Shown: positions 29,523-40,449 of the stretch, piece after piece
Layout of the letters: each line of letters opens with the position of its first letter
Position numbering within the stretch: the stretch's first letter is position 1
Assembly (NCBI GenBank): GCA_963845145.1
Contig: CAWJQU010000008.1
Location: 288,001-352,000, forward strand
DNA: 64,000 bases
Direction of reading: 5' to 3'
Source of the DNA: an uncultured delta proteobacterium
Lineage (GTDB): Bacteria; Desulfobacterota; Desulfobacteria; Desulfobacterales; QNYZ01
Notes under the pieces: model-generated
Databases searched by the model: none
What the model was told of the DNA's origin: nothing
The model's input: only the letters and a program-made list of their open reading frames with translations
Made by a program: the position numbers and the translations under genes

Positions 29523-29615
29523 TGTCTTTCGTGAATCGGCCGACGGATGTCTTTCGTGTGAATTGGATTGGGATTGAATTCATTCATTACCCCATTTGGA
29601 CTTAAATAATACCCA

Positions 29616-30293
29616 ATGGCGATTCTAGGCGTCGATACCAGTACACGAAGCTGTAGTGTGGCAATTGTTGCTGAGGCCGGGCTGTTGGCTGAAATAACCC
29701 TGGACAACGACCAAACCCATGCCAGACATGTGATGGAACTGGTTGACCGGGTGTTGGCATTGGCCGACGTTGCTTTAAACACTCTGGATGGATTTGCCGT
29801 CACGCGGGGCCCCGGATCGTTTACCGGGCTTCGAATCGGGCTTAGCACCATCATGGGGCTTGGTCAGGCCACGGGAAAACCGATTGTTGCCGTTTCAAGC
29901 CTTGAGGTCCTTGCGGCTCAAGTGCCCTCGGTACCGATACCGATTTTTTCAATGATCGACGCGTATCGAAATGAAGTCTATCTGGCCGCTTATCGTTATG
30001 AAAAAAGCCGGTTAAACCGATTCATCGAAGAAACCGTCGTCGATCCCGAAAAAATATCAGATTTGATTCAGGAACCGTCCCTTTTGGTGGGAAACGGCAC
30101 GGCGACCTATCGCAGGGTATTGGCTAACCATCTGGGCGAACGGGCCATGTTTACGCCGAACCGGCTGCACACCATTCGCGGGGCTACGGTCGCCGAATTG
30201 GGGCTGATGCAGTTAGCGTCAAAAGGGCGTAATGCGATGGATATCACCCCGGTCTATTTACGCCAAAGTGATGCCGAACTGAATCGAAAATAA
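29616..30293 (+). CDS. tsaB: t6A biosynthesis protein TsaB
   Basis: ILGVDTS, GPGSFTGLRIG, PVYLR.SDAE. Confidence 0.93.
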   Translation: MAILGVDTSTRSCSVAIVAEAGLLAEITLDNDQTHARHVMELVDRVLALADVALNTLDGFAVTRGPGSFTGLRIGLSTIMGLGQATGKPIVAVSSLEVLAAQVPSVPIPIFSMIDAYRNEVYLAAYRYEKSRLNRFIEETVVDPEKISDLIQEPSLLVGNGTATYRRVLANHLGERAMFTPNRLHTIRGATVAELGLMQLASKGRNAMDITPVYLRQSDAELNRK

Positions 30294-30503
30294 GTTGAGG
30301 GCCTCTTTTGTCTTGGAATCGATCCCGTTATGATGCCTTGGATATGCAAACCCCCATTAATCCGGATGGGTGCCAAATGGTAACTTTACGTTGACATTTC
30401 AGTATTTTTTACTAATATAGATAAGATTTGACTGATAGAATTAACTGGCGCGTTGGGGGCCGAAATCCGGTGCCTAAGCAATGTGAGCCTTTATTGGAGT
30501 AAG

Positions 30504-31175
30504 ATGGAAGAATTTTCCTGGACCGATACGCCGAACCCGACAGCTTTTCCCATTGCCAGGCCCGGGTACCCGCTGATATTTGCCGGTGCATTTGTCACTG
30601 CGGTTCTGGCGCTGCTGGGAATGGTGATTCCGGCGCTGATCGCCCTTGCGGCGACGCTGGGTATTTGTTGGTTTTTCCGTGACCCCGACCGGATCGTCCC
30701 CATGGCACCGGGGGCGTTGGTTTCGCCGGCGGATGGTAAAATCATCGTCGTGCAAAAAGAAGCCGGCAATCCCTATTTTGAAGGACCTTGCCTTAAAATA
30801 AGTGTGTTTATGAACGTGTTTAACGTTCACGTAAACCGTATTCCCCACGAAGGGAAGGTCAAGCGAATCGTGTATTCACCGGGTAAATTTATGGCGGCGG
30901 ATAATGAACAGGCCACCGATAAAAATGAGCGCAATGCGGTCGTTATTCAACTGAAAAACGGTCGAGACATGGCTGTTGTTCAAGTGGCCGGCCTGGTGGC
31001 CCGACGGATTATTTGCGGGCTGCAATCCGGTGAGACTGTTTCCCGCGGCCGGCGGTATGGTATGATCTGTTTTGGCTCGCGCCTTGACTTGTACCTTCCG
31101 GAAGATTTCGAGCCAAACATTTCAAAAGGCCGGAAAACGAAAGCAGGAACAACTATTTTGGGGTATCTGAAATGA
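30504..31175 (+). CDS. psd: Phosphatidylserine decarboxylase
   Basis: FFRDPDR, SPADG, NVHVNR, FGSRLD; ATG 30504 has GGAG RBS. Confidence 0.93.
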   Translation: MEEFSWTDTPNPTAFPIARPGYPLIFAGAFVTAVLALLGMVIPALIALAATLGICWFFRDPDRIVPMAPGALVSPADGKIIVVQKEAGNPYFEGPCLKISVFMNVFNVHVNRIPHEGKVKRIVYSPGKFMAADNEQATDKNERNAVVIQLKNGRDMAVVQVAGLVARRIICGLQSGETVSRGRRYGMICFGSRLDLYLPEDFEPNISKGRKTKAGTTILGYLK

Positions 31176-31942
31176 GAAAAGCCAAACATTCAAGTCGAAT
31201 AAAAAGACGTCGCGGGATTTATATTCTGCCCAACGTGTTAACATCTTTGAACATCATGTTCGGTTTTTATGCCTTAATCAGCGCCATCGATGGAAAATTT
31301 ATCCATGGGGCCGTGGCCATTATTATCGCCGGTCTTTTTGATCAGCTGGACGGTAAAATTGCGCGCGCCACCAATACAACCAGTGCCTTTGGGGTGCAAT
31401 ACGACTCTCTGGCCGACCTGATATCTTTCGGGGTGGCCCCCAGTATCATGGTTTACTTATGGGCCTTAAAACCCCTGGGTCGAATCGGGTGGCTGGCGGC
31501 GTTTCTTTTTACCGTTTGCGGGGCTTTGCGTCTGGCACGCTTTAATACGCAATCCGAATCATCCGATGGTGAATATTTTACAGGGCTGCCGATTCCGGCT
31601 GCTGCCGGTTTGATCGCTACGACCATCTTATTTTATCACCGCATTCATCTGGCTGAAATACCCAGTGCCATGATTCTGTTGGCTTTTGTATATATTCTGT
31701 CTTTCCTCATGGTCAGCAACATTAAATATTACAGTTTTAAAAAGCTTGAGCTGTTTAAAAAAATGAATTTCAATGTTCTGGTGGCGATGATCCTTGTTTT
31801 GATTTTCATTGCCGCCCAGCCGTCCATCGCTCTTTTCCTGACCGGTATGGTCTATCTACTTTCCGGACCGTTCATCACATTTCGGCATTTAAAAACGGTT
31901 AGAGAAGAAAAGAAGCTGGCCCGCGATACGAATATCGAGTGA
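31172..31942 (+). CDS. pssA: CDP-diacylglycerol--serine O-phosphatidyltransferase
   Basis: D.LDGKIAR..S.FG..YDSLADLISFG, ALRLARFN. Confidence 0.93.
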   Translation: MRKAKHSSRIKRRRGIYILPNVLTSLNIMFGFYALISAIDGKFIHGAVAIIIAGLFDQLDGKIARATNTTSAFGVQYDSLADLISFGVAPSIMVYLWALKPLGRIGWLAAFLFTVCGALRLARFNTQSESSDGEYFTGLPIPAAAGLIATTILFYHRIHLAEIPSAMILLAFVYILSFLMVSNIKYYSFKKLELFKKMNFNVLVAMILVLIFIAAQPSIALFLTGMVYLLSGPFITFRHLKTVREEKKLARDTNIE

Positions 31943-32070
31943 TCCCAACCCAATTATTTAAGGTGTTGTTAAACCAATAACGCCAATACGATTCGAAACG
32001 CGATGGGATCGTGTGGCGCTATACTGAAAAAAGGTCAATGAACATATCAACCGTAAAATGGAGTAAGTAA

Positions 32071-33093
32071 ATGGCCAAAAACGGATATCATGTCGCCGTG
32101 GCCGGTGCCACCGGTGCCGTCGGCCAACAAATGATCGCCTGTCTTCAGGAGCGAAAATTTCCGATTCAATCGATCAAGTTGTTAGCGTCCGCCCGCTCCG
32201 TCGGCCGGCGACTGGTTTTTAATGATCAGGAAATGGCGGTGGAAGAACTAACCGGGGATTCGTTTGCCGGTGTAGACATTGCACTTTTTTCGGCTGGCGG
32301 CGGCACCAGCAAACACTTTGCACCCCATGCAGCCGCACATGGCTGCGTGGTGGTCGACAATTCTAGCGCATGGCGTATGGATCCGGATGTTCCTCTGGTG
32401 GTTCCGGAAGTCAACCCCGACGCGGTGGCCGGATATACGAAAAAAGGGATCATTGCCAATCCTAATTGTTCTACGATACAGATGGTGGTGGCCTTAAACC
32501 CCATCCACCAAGCCTATGGAATCAAACGCCTGGTCATTTCCACCTACCAGGCCGTGTCCGGTACGGGGCTAAAAGCCATTGAAGAGTTAAACCGGCAGAC
32601 CCGGGCGCTGATGGAGAATAACCCGGTCGAAAAATCGGTTTACCCGCATCAAATCGCTTTTAACTGCCTGCCCCACATCGACGTCTTTCTGGATAACGGC
32701 TACACCAAGGAAGAGATGAAAATGGTCAACGAAACCCGGAAAATTATGGGCGACGATACGATTCGGGTGACGGCCACCACCGTTCGGGTACCGGTGATCT
32801 ACGGCCATTCGGAATCGATCAATATTGAAACCCATCAGCCGATCCGTGCAACAGAGGTGGCCGCATTACTGGAAAAGGCCCCCGGGGTAAAAGTCAGCGA
32901 TGATCCGCAAAATAACGTTTACCCCATGCCCGTGAATGCGGCCGGTAAAGACCTGACCTATGTGGGCCGGATTCGCGATGACGAATCCATAGAAAACGGA
33001 ATCAACCTCTGGGTTGTGGCCGATAATATCCGCAAAGGTGCCGCTACCAATGCCGTGCAGATTGCAGAGATTCTTGCATCTGATTATTTATAA
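32071..33093 (+). CDS. asd: Aspartate-semialdehyde dehydrogenase
   Basis: GATGAVG, ANPNCSTIQ, DNIRKGAA. Confidence 0.96.
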   Translation: MAKNGYHVAVAGATGAVGQQMIACLQERKFPIQSIKLLASARSVGRRLVFNDQEMAVEELTGDSFAGVDIALFSAGGGTSKHFAPHAAAHGCVVVDNSSAWRMDPDVPLVVPEVNPDAVAGYTKKGIIANPNCSTIQMVVALNPIHQAYGIKRLVISTYQAVSGTGLKAIEELNRQTRALMENNPVEKSVYPHQIAFNCLPHIDVFLDNGYTKEEMKMVNETRKIMGDDTIRVTATTVRVPVIYGHSESINIETHQPIRATEVAALLEKAPGVKVSDDPQNNVYPMPVNAAGKDLTYVGRIRDDESIENGINLWVVADNIRKGAATNAVQIAEILASDYL

Positions 33094-33136
33094 GCGGATG
33101 TTAATTTTTTTTTAACCTATCACTTTAAAGAATATC

Positions 33137-33604
33137 ATGGAACAGATACCTATCACACAAGAAGGGTACGACGCCTTAAAAAAAGAACTGGAACGGCTCA
33201 AACGGGTGGAACGGCCCAGTAACATCAAAGCCATCGAAGAGGCCCGGGCCCACGGCGACCTGTCGGAAAATGCTGAATTTCATGCGGCCAAGGAACGGCA
33301 AAGTTTTATTATCGGGCGGATCGAAGAGCTTGGATACAAACTGGCCGCGGCCGACATTATCGATACGGACAAATTACCCACCGACCGGGCCGTATTCGGT
33401 AGCCGCGTGCTGCTTGAAAATGTGGATACCGGAGAGAGTAGCGAATACCAGCTGGTTGGCCCGGATGAGTCGGATGCCAAAAAGGGGCGCATTTCGGTCG
33501 CATCACCACTGGGCAAGGCGATTGTCGGGAAGAAGGTGTTTGATGAATTAACCCTGCAGGTACCCAATGGCAGAAGGTGTTACGAAATTGTAGAAATTCG
33601 ATAG
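33137..33604 (+). CDS. greA: Transcription elongation factor GreA
   Basis: ARAHGDLSENAE, ISVASPLGKA. Confidence 0.95.
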   Translation: MEQIPITQEGYDALKKELERLKRVERPSNIKAIEEARAHGDLSENAEFHAAKERQSFIIGRIEELGYKLAAADIIDTDKLPTDRAVFGSRVLLENVDTGESSEYQLVGPDESDAKKGRISVASPLGKAIVGKKVFDELTLQVPNGRRCYEIVEIR

Positions 33605-33710
33605 TCGGCCGGCTAACCTGGCAATCAACCGGTATACCCCCGGAATACTCAGGGGCGGTTGTGCCACAGGATAGGCGAGCAGACGACTAATAAATGATGG
33701 AGGCGTTATT

Positions 33711-34082
33711 TTGGCACGAATCACTATTGAAGATTGTATGAAACGGGTTCCGAATCGATTTGCGATTGTTAATCTGGCCGCCAAGCGCGTCAGACAGATT
33801 CGTGAAGGGTCCGAGTATTTGGTAAGTTCACCCAAAAACGAAGATATTGTGGTGGCATTACGAGAAATCGCGGCCGGGAAAGTCGTGTTTGAAGATACAA
33901 CCCCCCCAGAGATTGTATCGGAACCGGAGCCTGAGGTAACCGAAGAAAAGGCAACCGAAGAAAAACAATTGGAGGCACCCGCCCCGGCCGAGGCGACCAG
34001 TGATCCTGAACCGGCTACCGAAGAAGTGGCTACCGAAAAAGCCGAGCCAACCGTAGATGAGACACCCGTCGAAGCGGATTAA
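33711..34082 (+). CDS. rpoZ: RNA polymerase omega subunit with acidic C-terminal extension
   Basis: ARITIEDC..NRF..AAKR..ALREIAAG; TTG start with GGAGG RBS. Confidence 0.92.
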   Translation: MARITIEDCMKRVPNRFAIVNLAAKRVRQIREGSEYLVSSPKNEDIVVALREIAAGKVVFEDTTPPEIVSEPEPEVTEEKATEEKQLEAPAPAEATSDPEPATEEVATEKAEPTVDETPVEAD

Positions 34083-34102
34083 ACCCCGCTCACCCCAGGG
34101 GA

Positions 34103-34909
34103 TTGATAATGGGTGGTGGATCTTGTGGGCCGGTCAACGTGACTTTGGACAATCAAAATACAACCTATAAGCGGTTGCGACGGGCCATGGGACAAGCCAT
34201 TGGCCGGTATCAAATGATCGCAGACGGCGACCGCATTATCGTCGGTGTCTCGGGGGGCAAGGACAGCCTCACGCTGCTATGGATGCTCTCTGAACGGCGG
34301 GATAGAGTACCCATCGATTACACCTTGCTTCCGGTTTATGTCGATCCGGGGTTCGAACCAAGCTTTGCCGATGCGTTACATGCTTTAGTAAAAACCATGG
34401 GGCATGATCTTATCGTCGAGAAATCTGATTTCGGACCGGTCGCTCATTCGAAAACCAACCGGGAAAATCCCTGTTTTTTATGTTCGCGCCGTCGCCGTCA
34501 ACGCCTTTTCGAAAAAGCGGCCGAATTGGATAGCCGCAAGGTTGCTTTGGGCCACAACCAGGACGATATGATTGAAACCCTGTTTATCAATCTCTGTTAT
34601 GCGGGCGAACTGTCTGCGATGCTTCCCCAGCAGGTCCTTTTTAAAGGCGCGATAACGGTTATACGACCTTTGGCCCATGCGGCTGAAAAAGAGATCAGAC
34701 GTTTCACCGAACAACGCGGGATTCCGGTATTTACCAATTCCTGCCCCAGCTCGGGGCACACCAAGCGACAGGAAATAAAAACGATTTTAAATAACCTGTA
34801 TGAACAAAACCATAAAATTCGGGGAAATATTTTCAGAGCCATGCATCACGTTAATCTGGAGTACCTTCCCCCACCCCATGCGTTAAGGGGGCGTAAAGGC
34901 GGAAAATGA
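34103..34909 (+). CDS. ttcA: tRNA 2-thiocytidine biosynthesis protein (start uncertain)
   Basis: SGGKDS PP-loop, PCFLCSR, GHNQDD, IRPL, CP. Confidence 0.85.
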   Translation: MIMGGGSCGPVNVTLDNQNTTYKRLRRAMGQAIGRYQMIADGDRIIVGVSGGKDSLTLLWMLSERRDRVPIDYTLLPVYVDPGFEPSFADALHALVKTMGHDLIVEKSDFGPVAHSKTNRENPCFLCSRRRRQRLFEKAAELDSRKVALGHNQDDMIETLFINLCYAGELSAMLPQQVLFKGAITVIRPLAHAAEKEIRRFTEQRGIPVFTNSCPSSGHTKRQEIKTILNNLYEQNHKIRGNIFRAMHHVNLEYLPPPHALRGRKGGK

Positions 34910-35697
34910 AAGACATCCAAAACGAGCGGGACCATCGCCGCATTCCGATCGACAAAGTAGGGATTAAGAATCTTCGCTACCCCATTACCGTCCTTGATAA
35001 GGAAAAAGGTTCGCAACATACCGTTGCAACCATAAACATGTACGTTGATCTGCCCCATCGCGATAAGGGCACCCACATGAGCCGCTTTGTTGAGATCCTT
35101 CACCTATTTCGACCGGAAGTTTCCCTAAAGCGAATCGGCGAAGTTCTCGATCGCATGAAACAGCATTTGAATGCGGCTTCGGCGCATATCGATGTGACGT
35201 TCCCCTACTTTATCGAGAAAACCGCCCCGGTGAGTCAATCGCAAGGGTTACTCGATTATACCTGTCGATTCACCGGTGCCAGCAATCCCCAGCAACCGCT
35301 GGACCTCATTTCGGAAGTCATTGTGCCGATTTCATCGGTGTGCCCCTGCTCCAAGGAGATCAGTGATGCGGGTGCGCATAATCAACGCGGTGAGGTCCGT
35401 CTGGCCACGCGATTTAAACGATTTATCTGGATCGAGGATATGGTTGAATTGGTGGAATCGTGCGCTTCCTGCGAAGTATTTTCCGTTTTAAAACGGGTCG
35501 ACGAAAAGTATGTGACTGAAACGGGGTATTCGAACCCGAAATTTGTAGAAGATGTGGTTCGGGATATCGCCGTCAAACTTCAAAAGGATGAAAACATAAC
35601 CTGGTTTTCATTAAGCGCAGAAAATTTTGAATCCATTCACAATCACAGCGCCTATGCCCATATTACCCGGGATAAGCGCGTCGAGGCAAAGCCATAA
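34906..35697 (+). CDS. folE2: GTP cyclohydrolase IB
   Basis: KGTHMSRF, CPCSK, AHNQR, ESIHNHSA. Confidence 0.95.
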   Translation: MKDIQNERDHRRIPIDKVGIKNLRYPITVLDKEKGSQHTVATINMYVDLPHRDKGTHMSRFVEILHLFRPEVSLKRIGEVLDRMKQHLNAASAHIDVTFPYFIEKTAPVSQSQGLLDYTCRFTGASNPQQPLDLISEVIVPISSVCPCSKEISDAGAHNQRGEVRLATRFKRFIWIEDMVELVESCASCEVFSVLKRVDEKYVTETGYSNPKFVEDVVRDIAVKLQKDENITWFSLSAENFESIHNHSAYAHITRDKRVEAKP

Positions 35698-35717
35698 AAC
35701 CAGCGAATAATTTTATG

Positions 35718-37052
35718 TTAAGGCAAACGCTTCAATAGGGCCCGCACCACATGCTCCGCCGATTTACCGGGCGTGTTCATTAGTACGACGAATCGGTATA
35801 AAGCCTTGTCATTATTTTCACTCGAACCTGATTTGATGAGTTTGGATTTGATAAATCGGGATTCAATAAATCCGGCCCGGGCGGATATACCCGATAATGA
35901 GCCTGTTTTATAGTAAGCCCGACCCTTTTGGGTCATCAGGTGACGATAAGGCAAAAAAGCGTCCACTATACGGCTAAGCGCTCTAGCCGATATTCGATTC
36001 TTCCGGGATATCCCGGAACCTTCCACCAGTTGAAAATTCTGTAAACCAAGCTTTTTATTGGCAAAGCTCCGAACAGTTTGCACCCCTTTTTCGAGGTTTC
36101 CCGGTGGGCCGTGGCTTTGGGTGCCGATCGCAATCAGGAGTTGGTTGGCGATAAAGTTATTGGAGTGTTTTAACAGTTTTTGGATGACCTGTTCCACCGT
36201 AAATGGGGATAAGTGGTGTAAAATTCGCTGATCCGTATTCGGGTTGACCGTCCCGGTCCGCACAACGCCACGGCACGGAATGCCGCGACGCTTAAAAAAA
36301 TACTGAAAAAGGTGGCCGGCATAAAGGACATTTTCGCCATTGCGATGTGAAAGAACGATCCGACCGGACCGAAGACCTGAAGCGCGCAATTTGGGTAACA
36401 CAAAAGGGACCAGGGGTGTCTGTGGTTCGGAGCTGGTAAAATCACCGGCGGAATTTTTTTTGAATTGAATCGTGTTAAAATTGGCGCACAAGGCACCATT
36501 GGGGGCATCATAGGGCTGGCTGCTTGACGATCTTCCCGGAATGATGATGGGTTGTGAAAAATAGGAATCGTCAAGCACGATATCGTTTATCTCAATCAGA
36601 TCACGCGCCAGGTTATTAAATGGGGCATCAACTGGGGTATCAACGAGGGTATCAACGATTTGTGCAACAACTTCCGATATCAACAACGGATCGCCGAATC
36701 CCTTAATTTTCAAGTTTCGGTTTGCATCCATATAAAAATCCGTGGCAAACTGATAATTCGGCCCTAAATAATGCAGGGCAGCCAACGAGGTAAGTAATTT
36801 CAGCGTCGATGCAGGAATCCGCTGCACGGATTCATTGACGGCAAAAACATCCGACCCGTCAGAAGCGGTCACCAATAACGCATCCTTAGGTCCGATCAAG
36901 CTGGAGATATCACCCGCTGCATCCACCGGCCCGGCGACGACCGATAAGTAAAAACCGCCGAATGCCAACAGGACGCACAACCGTGCGAACCCACCCAGCG
37001 TATAAAAAGATGAGATCCCAAAATAAGTTGATTTATTTAGGTTAGTGGCCAT
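35718..37052 (-). CDS. dacB: D-Ala-D-Ala carboxypeptidase/endopeptidase (PBP4, S13)
   Basis: PASTLK, SNN, EGSGISR, KTG. Confidence 0.88.
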   Translation of the reverse strand: MATNLNKSTYFGISSFYTLGGFARLCVLLAFGGFYLSVVAGPVDAAGDISSLIGPKDALLVTASDGSDVFAVNESVQRIPASTLKLLTSLAALHYLGPNYQFATDFYMDANRNLKIKGFGDPLLISEVVAQIVDTLVDTPVDAPFNNLARDLIEINDIVLDDSYFSQPIIIPGRSSSSQPYDAPNGALCANFNTIQFKKNSAGDFTSSEPQTPLVPFVLPKLRASGLRSGRIVLSHRNGENVLYAGHLFQYFFKRRGIPCRGVVRTGTVNPNTDQRILHHLSPFTVEQVIQKLLKHSNNFIANQLLIAIGTQSHGPPGNLEKGVQTVRSFANKKLGLQNFQLVEGSGISRKNRISARALSRIVDAFLPYRHLMTQKGRAYYKTGSLSGISARAGFIESRFIKSKLIKSGSSENNDKALYRFVVLMNTPGKSAEHVVRALLKRLP

Positions 37053-37069
37053 CGTTTCTCTATATAGAA

Positions 37070-37516
37070 TTAACGGGAAGGAGAATCCAGAACCAGGGTA
37101 ACCGGCCCATCGTTTACCAATGAAACCGCCATCATGGCCCGAAACCGGCCGGTTTCAACCAAGACGCCCCGGTTTCGAACCTGTGTCACGAAATACTCAT
37201 ACAGATGCTCGGCCAGGTCCGGCGGCGCAGCCGCCACAAAGGATGGCCGCCGTCCCTTGCGGCAATCGCCCAGCAATGTGAACTGGGATACGGCCAGCAA
37301 CGCGCCACCGATATCAATTAAGGAACGATTCATCTTCTGCTGATCGTCTTCAAAAATCCGTAAATTGACGATCTTTTCGGCCAGGTAGTCGGCATCTTTT
37401 TCCTGGTCGGCCGTCCCAACGCCGAGAAGTACAAGTAGCCCGATGCCGATTTCGCCGGTCGCCTCACCCTCTACCGTGACCCGGCTTTGGCTAACTCTTT
37501 GGACGACAGCACGCAT
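37070..37516 (-). CDS. dtd: D-aminoacyl-tRNA deacylase
   Basis: [19 protein letters not shown]. Confidence 0.96.
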   Translation of the reverse strand: MRAVVQRVSQSRVTVEGEATGEIGIGLLVLLGVGTADQEKDADYLAEKIVNLRIFEDDQQKMNRSLIDIGGALLAVSQFTLLGDCRKGRRPSFVAAAPPDLAEHLYEYFVTQVRNRGVLVETGRFRAMMAVSLVNDGPVTLVLDSPSR

Positions 37517-37528
37517 TCATAAACTCCT

Positions 37529-38887
37529 TTAGCAGACGAGGATGACCCGAAGATCCATCACATTGGTATAGGTAGGGCCGGTAATGATTAGATCATCGAG
37601 TCGCTGAAAAAAAGGGTAGGCATTGTTATCGGCCAGATACTGCTCCGGGTCCATGCCCATCTGGCACGCCCTTACGACCGTCAAGTGATCAGTCATTGCA
37701 CCGGCGGCATCCGTAGGGCCATCGGTCCCGTCGGTCCCGGCGCTGAGCATCACCGTTTGTTCAAATCTACTCAATGCCCGTGCCATGACCAAGGCAAATT
37801 CCTGGTTACGCCCGCCTTTACCACTACCGGTAACCCGCACCGTGGTTTCGCCACCGGAGAGAATACAAGCCGGCGTTGTAATGGGTTGGCCGGTTTTAAG
37901 AATTTCCTTGACGATAGCGGCGTGCATTCGGGCCGCCTCCGTCGTGTCCCCTTCGATCATCGATGACAATACCAACGTATGGTAGCCCTTGGCCTCGGAC
38001 GCGACTCGAGCCGCTGTCAGCGCCTCACTATTTGAACCGATGATCCGATTGGTCGTTTTCTCAAAGACCGGATCACCCGGTTTGGGCGTTTCCTCGATGC
38101 CGCCTTCAACGCCGGCCCGAATTCTATTTACCACCGCCTCGGAAAGTTGGTTAGAAAGGTCATATTTTTTAATAATTTTCAGACAATCACCAAACGTGCT
38201 GGTATCGGGTACAGTGGGCCCGGAAGCAATAACGTCCAAATCGTCACCGACAACATCGGAAAGGATCAAGCTGGCAACGGCCGCCGGATAGGCAGCGCGG
38301 CTGAGTTGGCCCCCTTTGATTTGTGATAGATGCTTACGAAATGCATTGATTTCGTGAATTGTTGCGCCGCAAGCCAAGAGTTTCCGGGTCGTTTCCTGTT
38401 TGTCGGCTAAGCTGATTTCGGGGACGGGCAAGGATAAAAGCGCCGATCCGCCGCCTGAAATCAGACCGATCACTAGGTCCTTGTGACCGGCGAGAGAGGC
38501 AATGGCTTGAATTTCTTTTGCACCGCTCACCCCTTTTTCATCGGGAACGGGATGCCCGGCTGTTATCTGTTTGATGCGACAAAGGTCGACATCGTGACCA
38601 TATTTAACATTAATCGCACCAGAGGTAATCCGGTCGCCCAGCAGCGCCTCCATCGCCATCGCCATGGATGCCGTTGCTTTACCGGCCCCAACCACGTGGA
38701 TGTCTTCAACGTCGGACAGATCGTAGCGCCGATTGCCGATGATCAACCATTGTCCATCCAATTGGCAATGCCTGTGTATGGCCGCCCTGGGTTCCACGGC
38801 CGCAAGACCCGCCTTGAAAATGGCCATGGCATCCCGACGCATATCGACGAGTGGTTCCTGAGGGACGTAGGGCATAGAAATCGTCAT
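37529..38887 (-). CDS. Glycerate kinase type 2 (MOFRL domain)
   Basis: GAGKA, HPVPD, SGGGSAL, GGETTV, GGRNQE, GTDGTDG, TNVMD. Confidence 0.92.
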   Translation of the reverse strand: MTISMPYVPQEPLVDMRRDAMAIFKAGLAAVEPRAAIHRHCQLDGQWLIIGNRRYDLSDVEDIHVVGAGKATASMAMAMEALLGDRITSGAINVKYGHDVDLCRIKQITAGHPVPDEKGVSGAKEIQAIASLAGHKDLVIGLISGGGSALLSLPVPEISLADKQETTRKLLACGATIHEINAFRKHLSQIKGGQLSRAAYPAAVASLILSDVVGDDLDVIASGPTVPDTSTFGDCLKIIKKYDLSNQLSEAVVNRIRAGVEGGIEETPKPGDPVFEKTTNRIIGSNSEALTAARVASEAKGYHTLVLSSMIEGDTTEAARMHAAIVKEILKTGQPITTPACILSGGETTVRVTGSGKGGRNQEFALVMARALSRFEQTVMLSAGTDGTDGPTDAAGAMTDHLTVVRACQMGMDPEQYLADNNAYPFFQRLDDLIITGPTYTNVMDLRVILVC

Positions 38888-38890
38888 ACG

Positions 38891-40370
38891 TTAAATTATG
38901 ACATTGCTTGATAAATGACAAGCCCGCGACTTTTGCCCGGTTTTATCATGGCTTCCGGTTACCATCGGTATCGCAAACCGTTCATCCTTGTCCCACCATT
39001 CAATAATGGCACCTTTACGGTTAAAAATCGTGCCGGTTTCGGTTTCAATTCTTCGAATCCACTCTCCCAGGCCGGAACCATGGTGAATAATTAAAGGCGT
39101 ACTGTGGGGGGGAAAATATCACTGCTAATGTCGTGCTTTCTTATGACCGTTTCCATCTCGGAAATGATCTTGGGTGTATCCCAGGGGGTCGGATAGATCA
39201 TACCGTGGTTTCCCCCCTCATGCCGGGCATAGCCCCACTGGTAAGGAAACAGGCGCTTTAGACGGCGCATCAGGGTCACGGCCTTCAGATTATCGGCCAG
39301 CGTGATACCTTTGTTCAGGTTTTTTAATATCGTATCGTTGAAAGATTCGAACCCGATGGAAACACAAATGATCCGAATACGCAGATGACGCGCTATTTTA
39401 AGCGCCTCCGTCAGATGCGTTTCGCCTTTCACCAGGTAGTCGGCCCGGGTGGTCAAATTGATTTGGGATATGGCTAATTTTTCAGCCTCAAGATCCTTCA
39501 ACAATTTGGGAAGTCCGGGGAATGGATTTTCATTAATCAATTCAAAGGGTATTTTCCGGCCGCTTGTATCGCTGGGAAGACCGTTGATCTGCATCAGCAC
39601 ATCATCTCGATTTACCGTACCGCAAAAGCCCTTATCCACCGCGACATCGCAAAAGCTACAGCCGTTTAACGAGAGCGGTATTTTGGGTGCATTCGGCATA
39701 AACGCGGGTTCGTCAACGGTGACCGACACGGTCCGGGCGGCATACGGACAACCGATTTGCTGAAGGACCTGGGCGCTGTTGATGGGATGGGGTATGAAGC
39801 CCGAAGCGCGAAGACGATAAAAGGAGGTCCAATCCACACGGTTTAAACGTGATGAATTCCAACGCAGGGGATGATTCCGAAAAAAACGTCTTCCGGACCG
39901 ATAGCATAACCCGGGTATTGTTTTTTTGTTGGCTTCATCTAAATTATCACATATCGGTAAAATCTGCTCCGCGGGGCCCTGTAACGCGAAATCGAAAAAA
40001 GGGATGATACCCTTGAAACCGATTCCTTGTTTTCCTGCCAATCGATTTCACCGGAAAAATCCATGCCGGCCTGGGGCCCCGCCAGGATGGTCACCGCCCC
40101 TTTCGATTTTAATTCAGCCGCCAGGGTAAATAAGTCCTCACGGCCACTTAAGGTTGAAAAGCCGACCAGCGGCCGCTGACCATCAAAATGACCGTCCAAA
40201 ACGCTTTTAAGCAGACTCCTATCATCAGTCTGCGTGACACCGACAACAAGGCACTGCACATCGCTGAACCGATTGATAATGGTTGCCGCCATTTGGGGGC
40301 CCAGCAGCCCATACGATTCATCGTTAAAATAACTGGTGATGATCACCATTTTGGTTGGGGATGGTGCCAT
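38891..40370 (-). CDS. Radical SAM protein with N-terminal B12-binding-like domain, split by two frameshifts
   Basis: YGLLGPQ, VGFS, ILAGPQ; GCPY-...-GCSFC; IGFES; frames rejoin near 40020 and at the G7 run 39106-39112, continuing HSTPLIIHH..EWW to stop at 38891. Confidence 0.75.
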
Positions 40371-40400
40371 ATACAGACTCTCTGCTTCTCACAAATAAGA

Positions 40401-40430
40401 AAGGCGGTGTCTCGACATGCCCACCGCCTT
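40401..40430. terminator. Hairpin downstream of the PEP-CTERM gene
   Basis: AAGGCGGTG / CACCGCCTT perfect 9-bp stem. Confidence 0.5.
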
Positions 40431-40449
40431 CAATTGATATCATTTGGTT

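Noticed and set aside
29521..29558. 13-bp direct repeat GATGTCTTTCGTG after lon
   Set aside because: Only two copies 25 bp apart; looks like a local slippage duplication with no supportable function
35825..36660. Short in-frame 12- and 15-bp repeats inside dacB
   Set aside because: Three degenerate units each; minor loop expansions with no evidence of function
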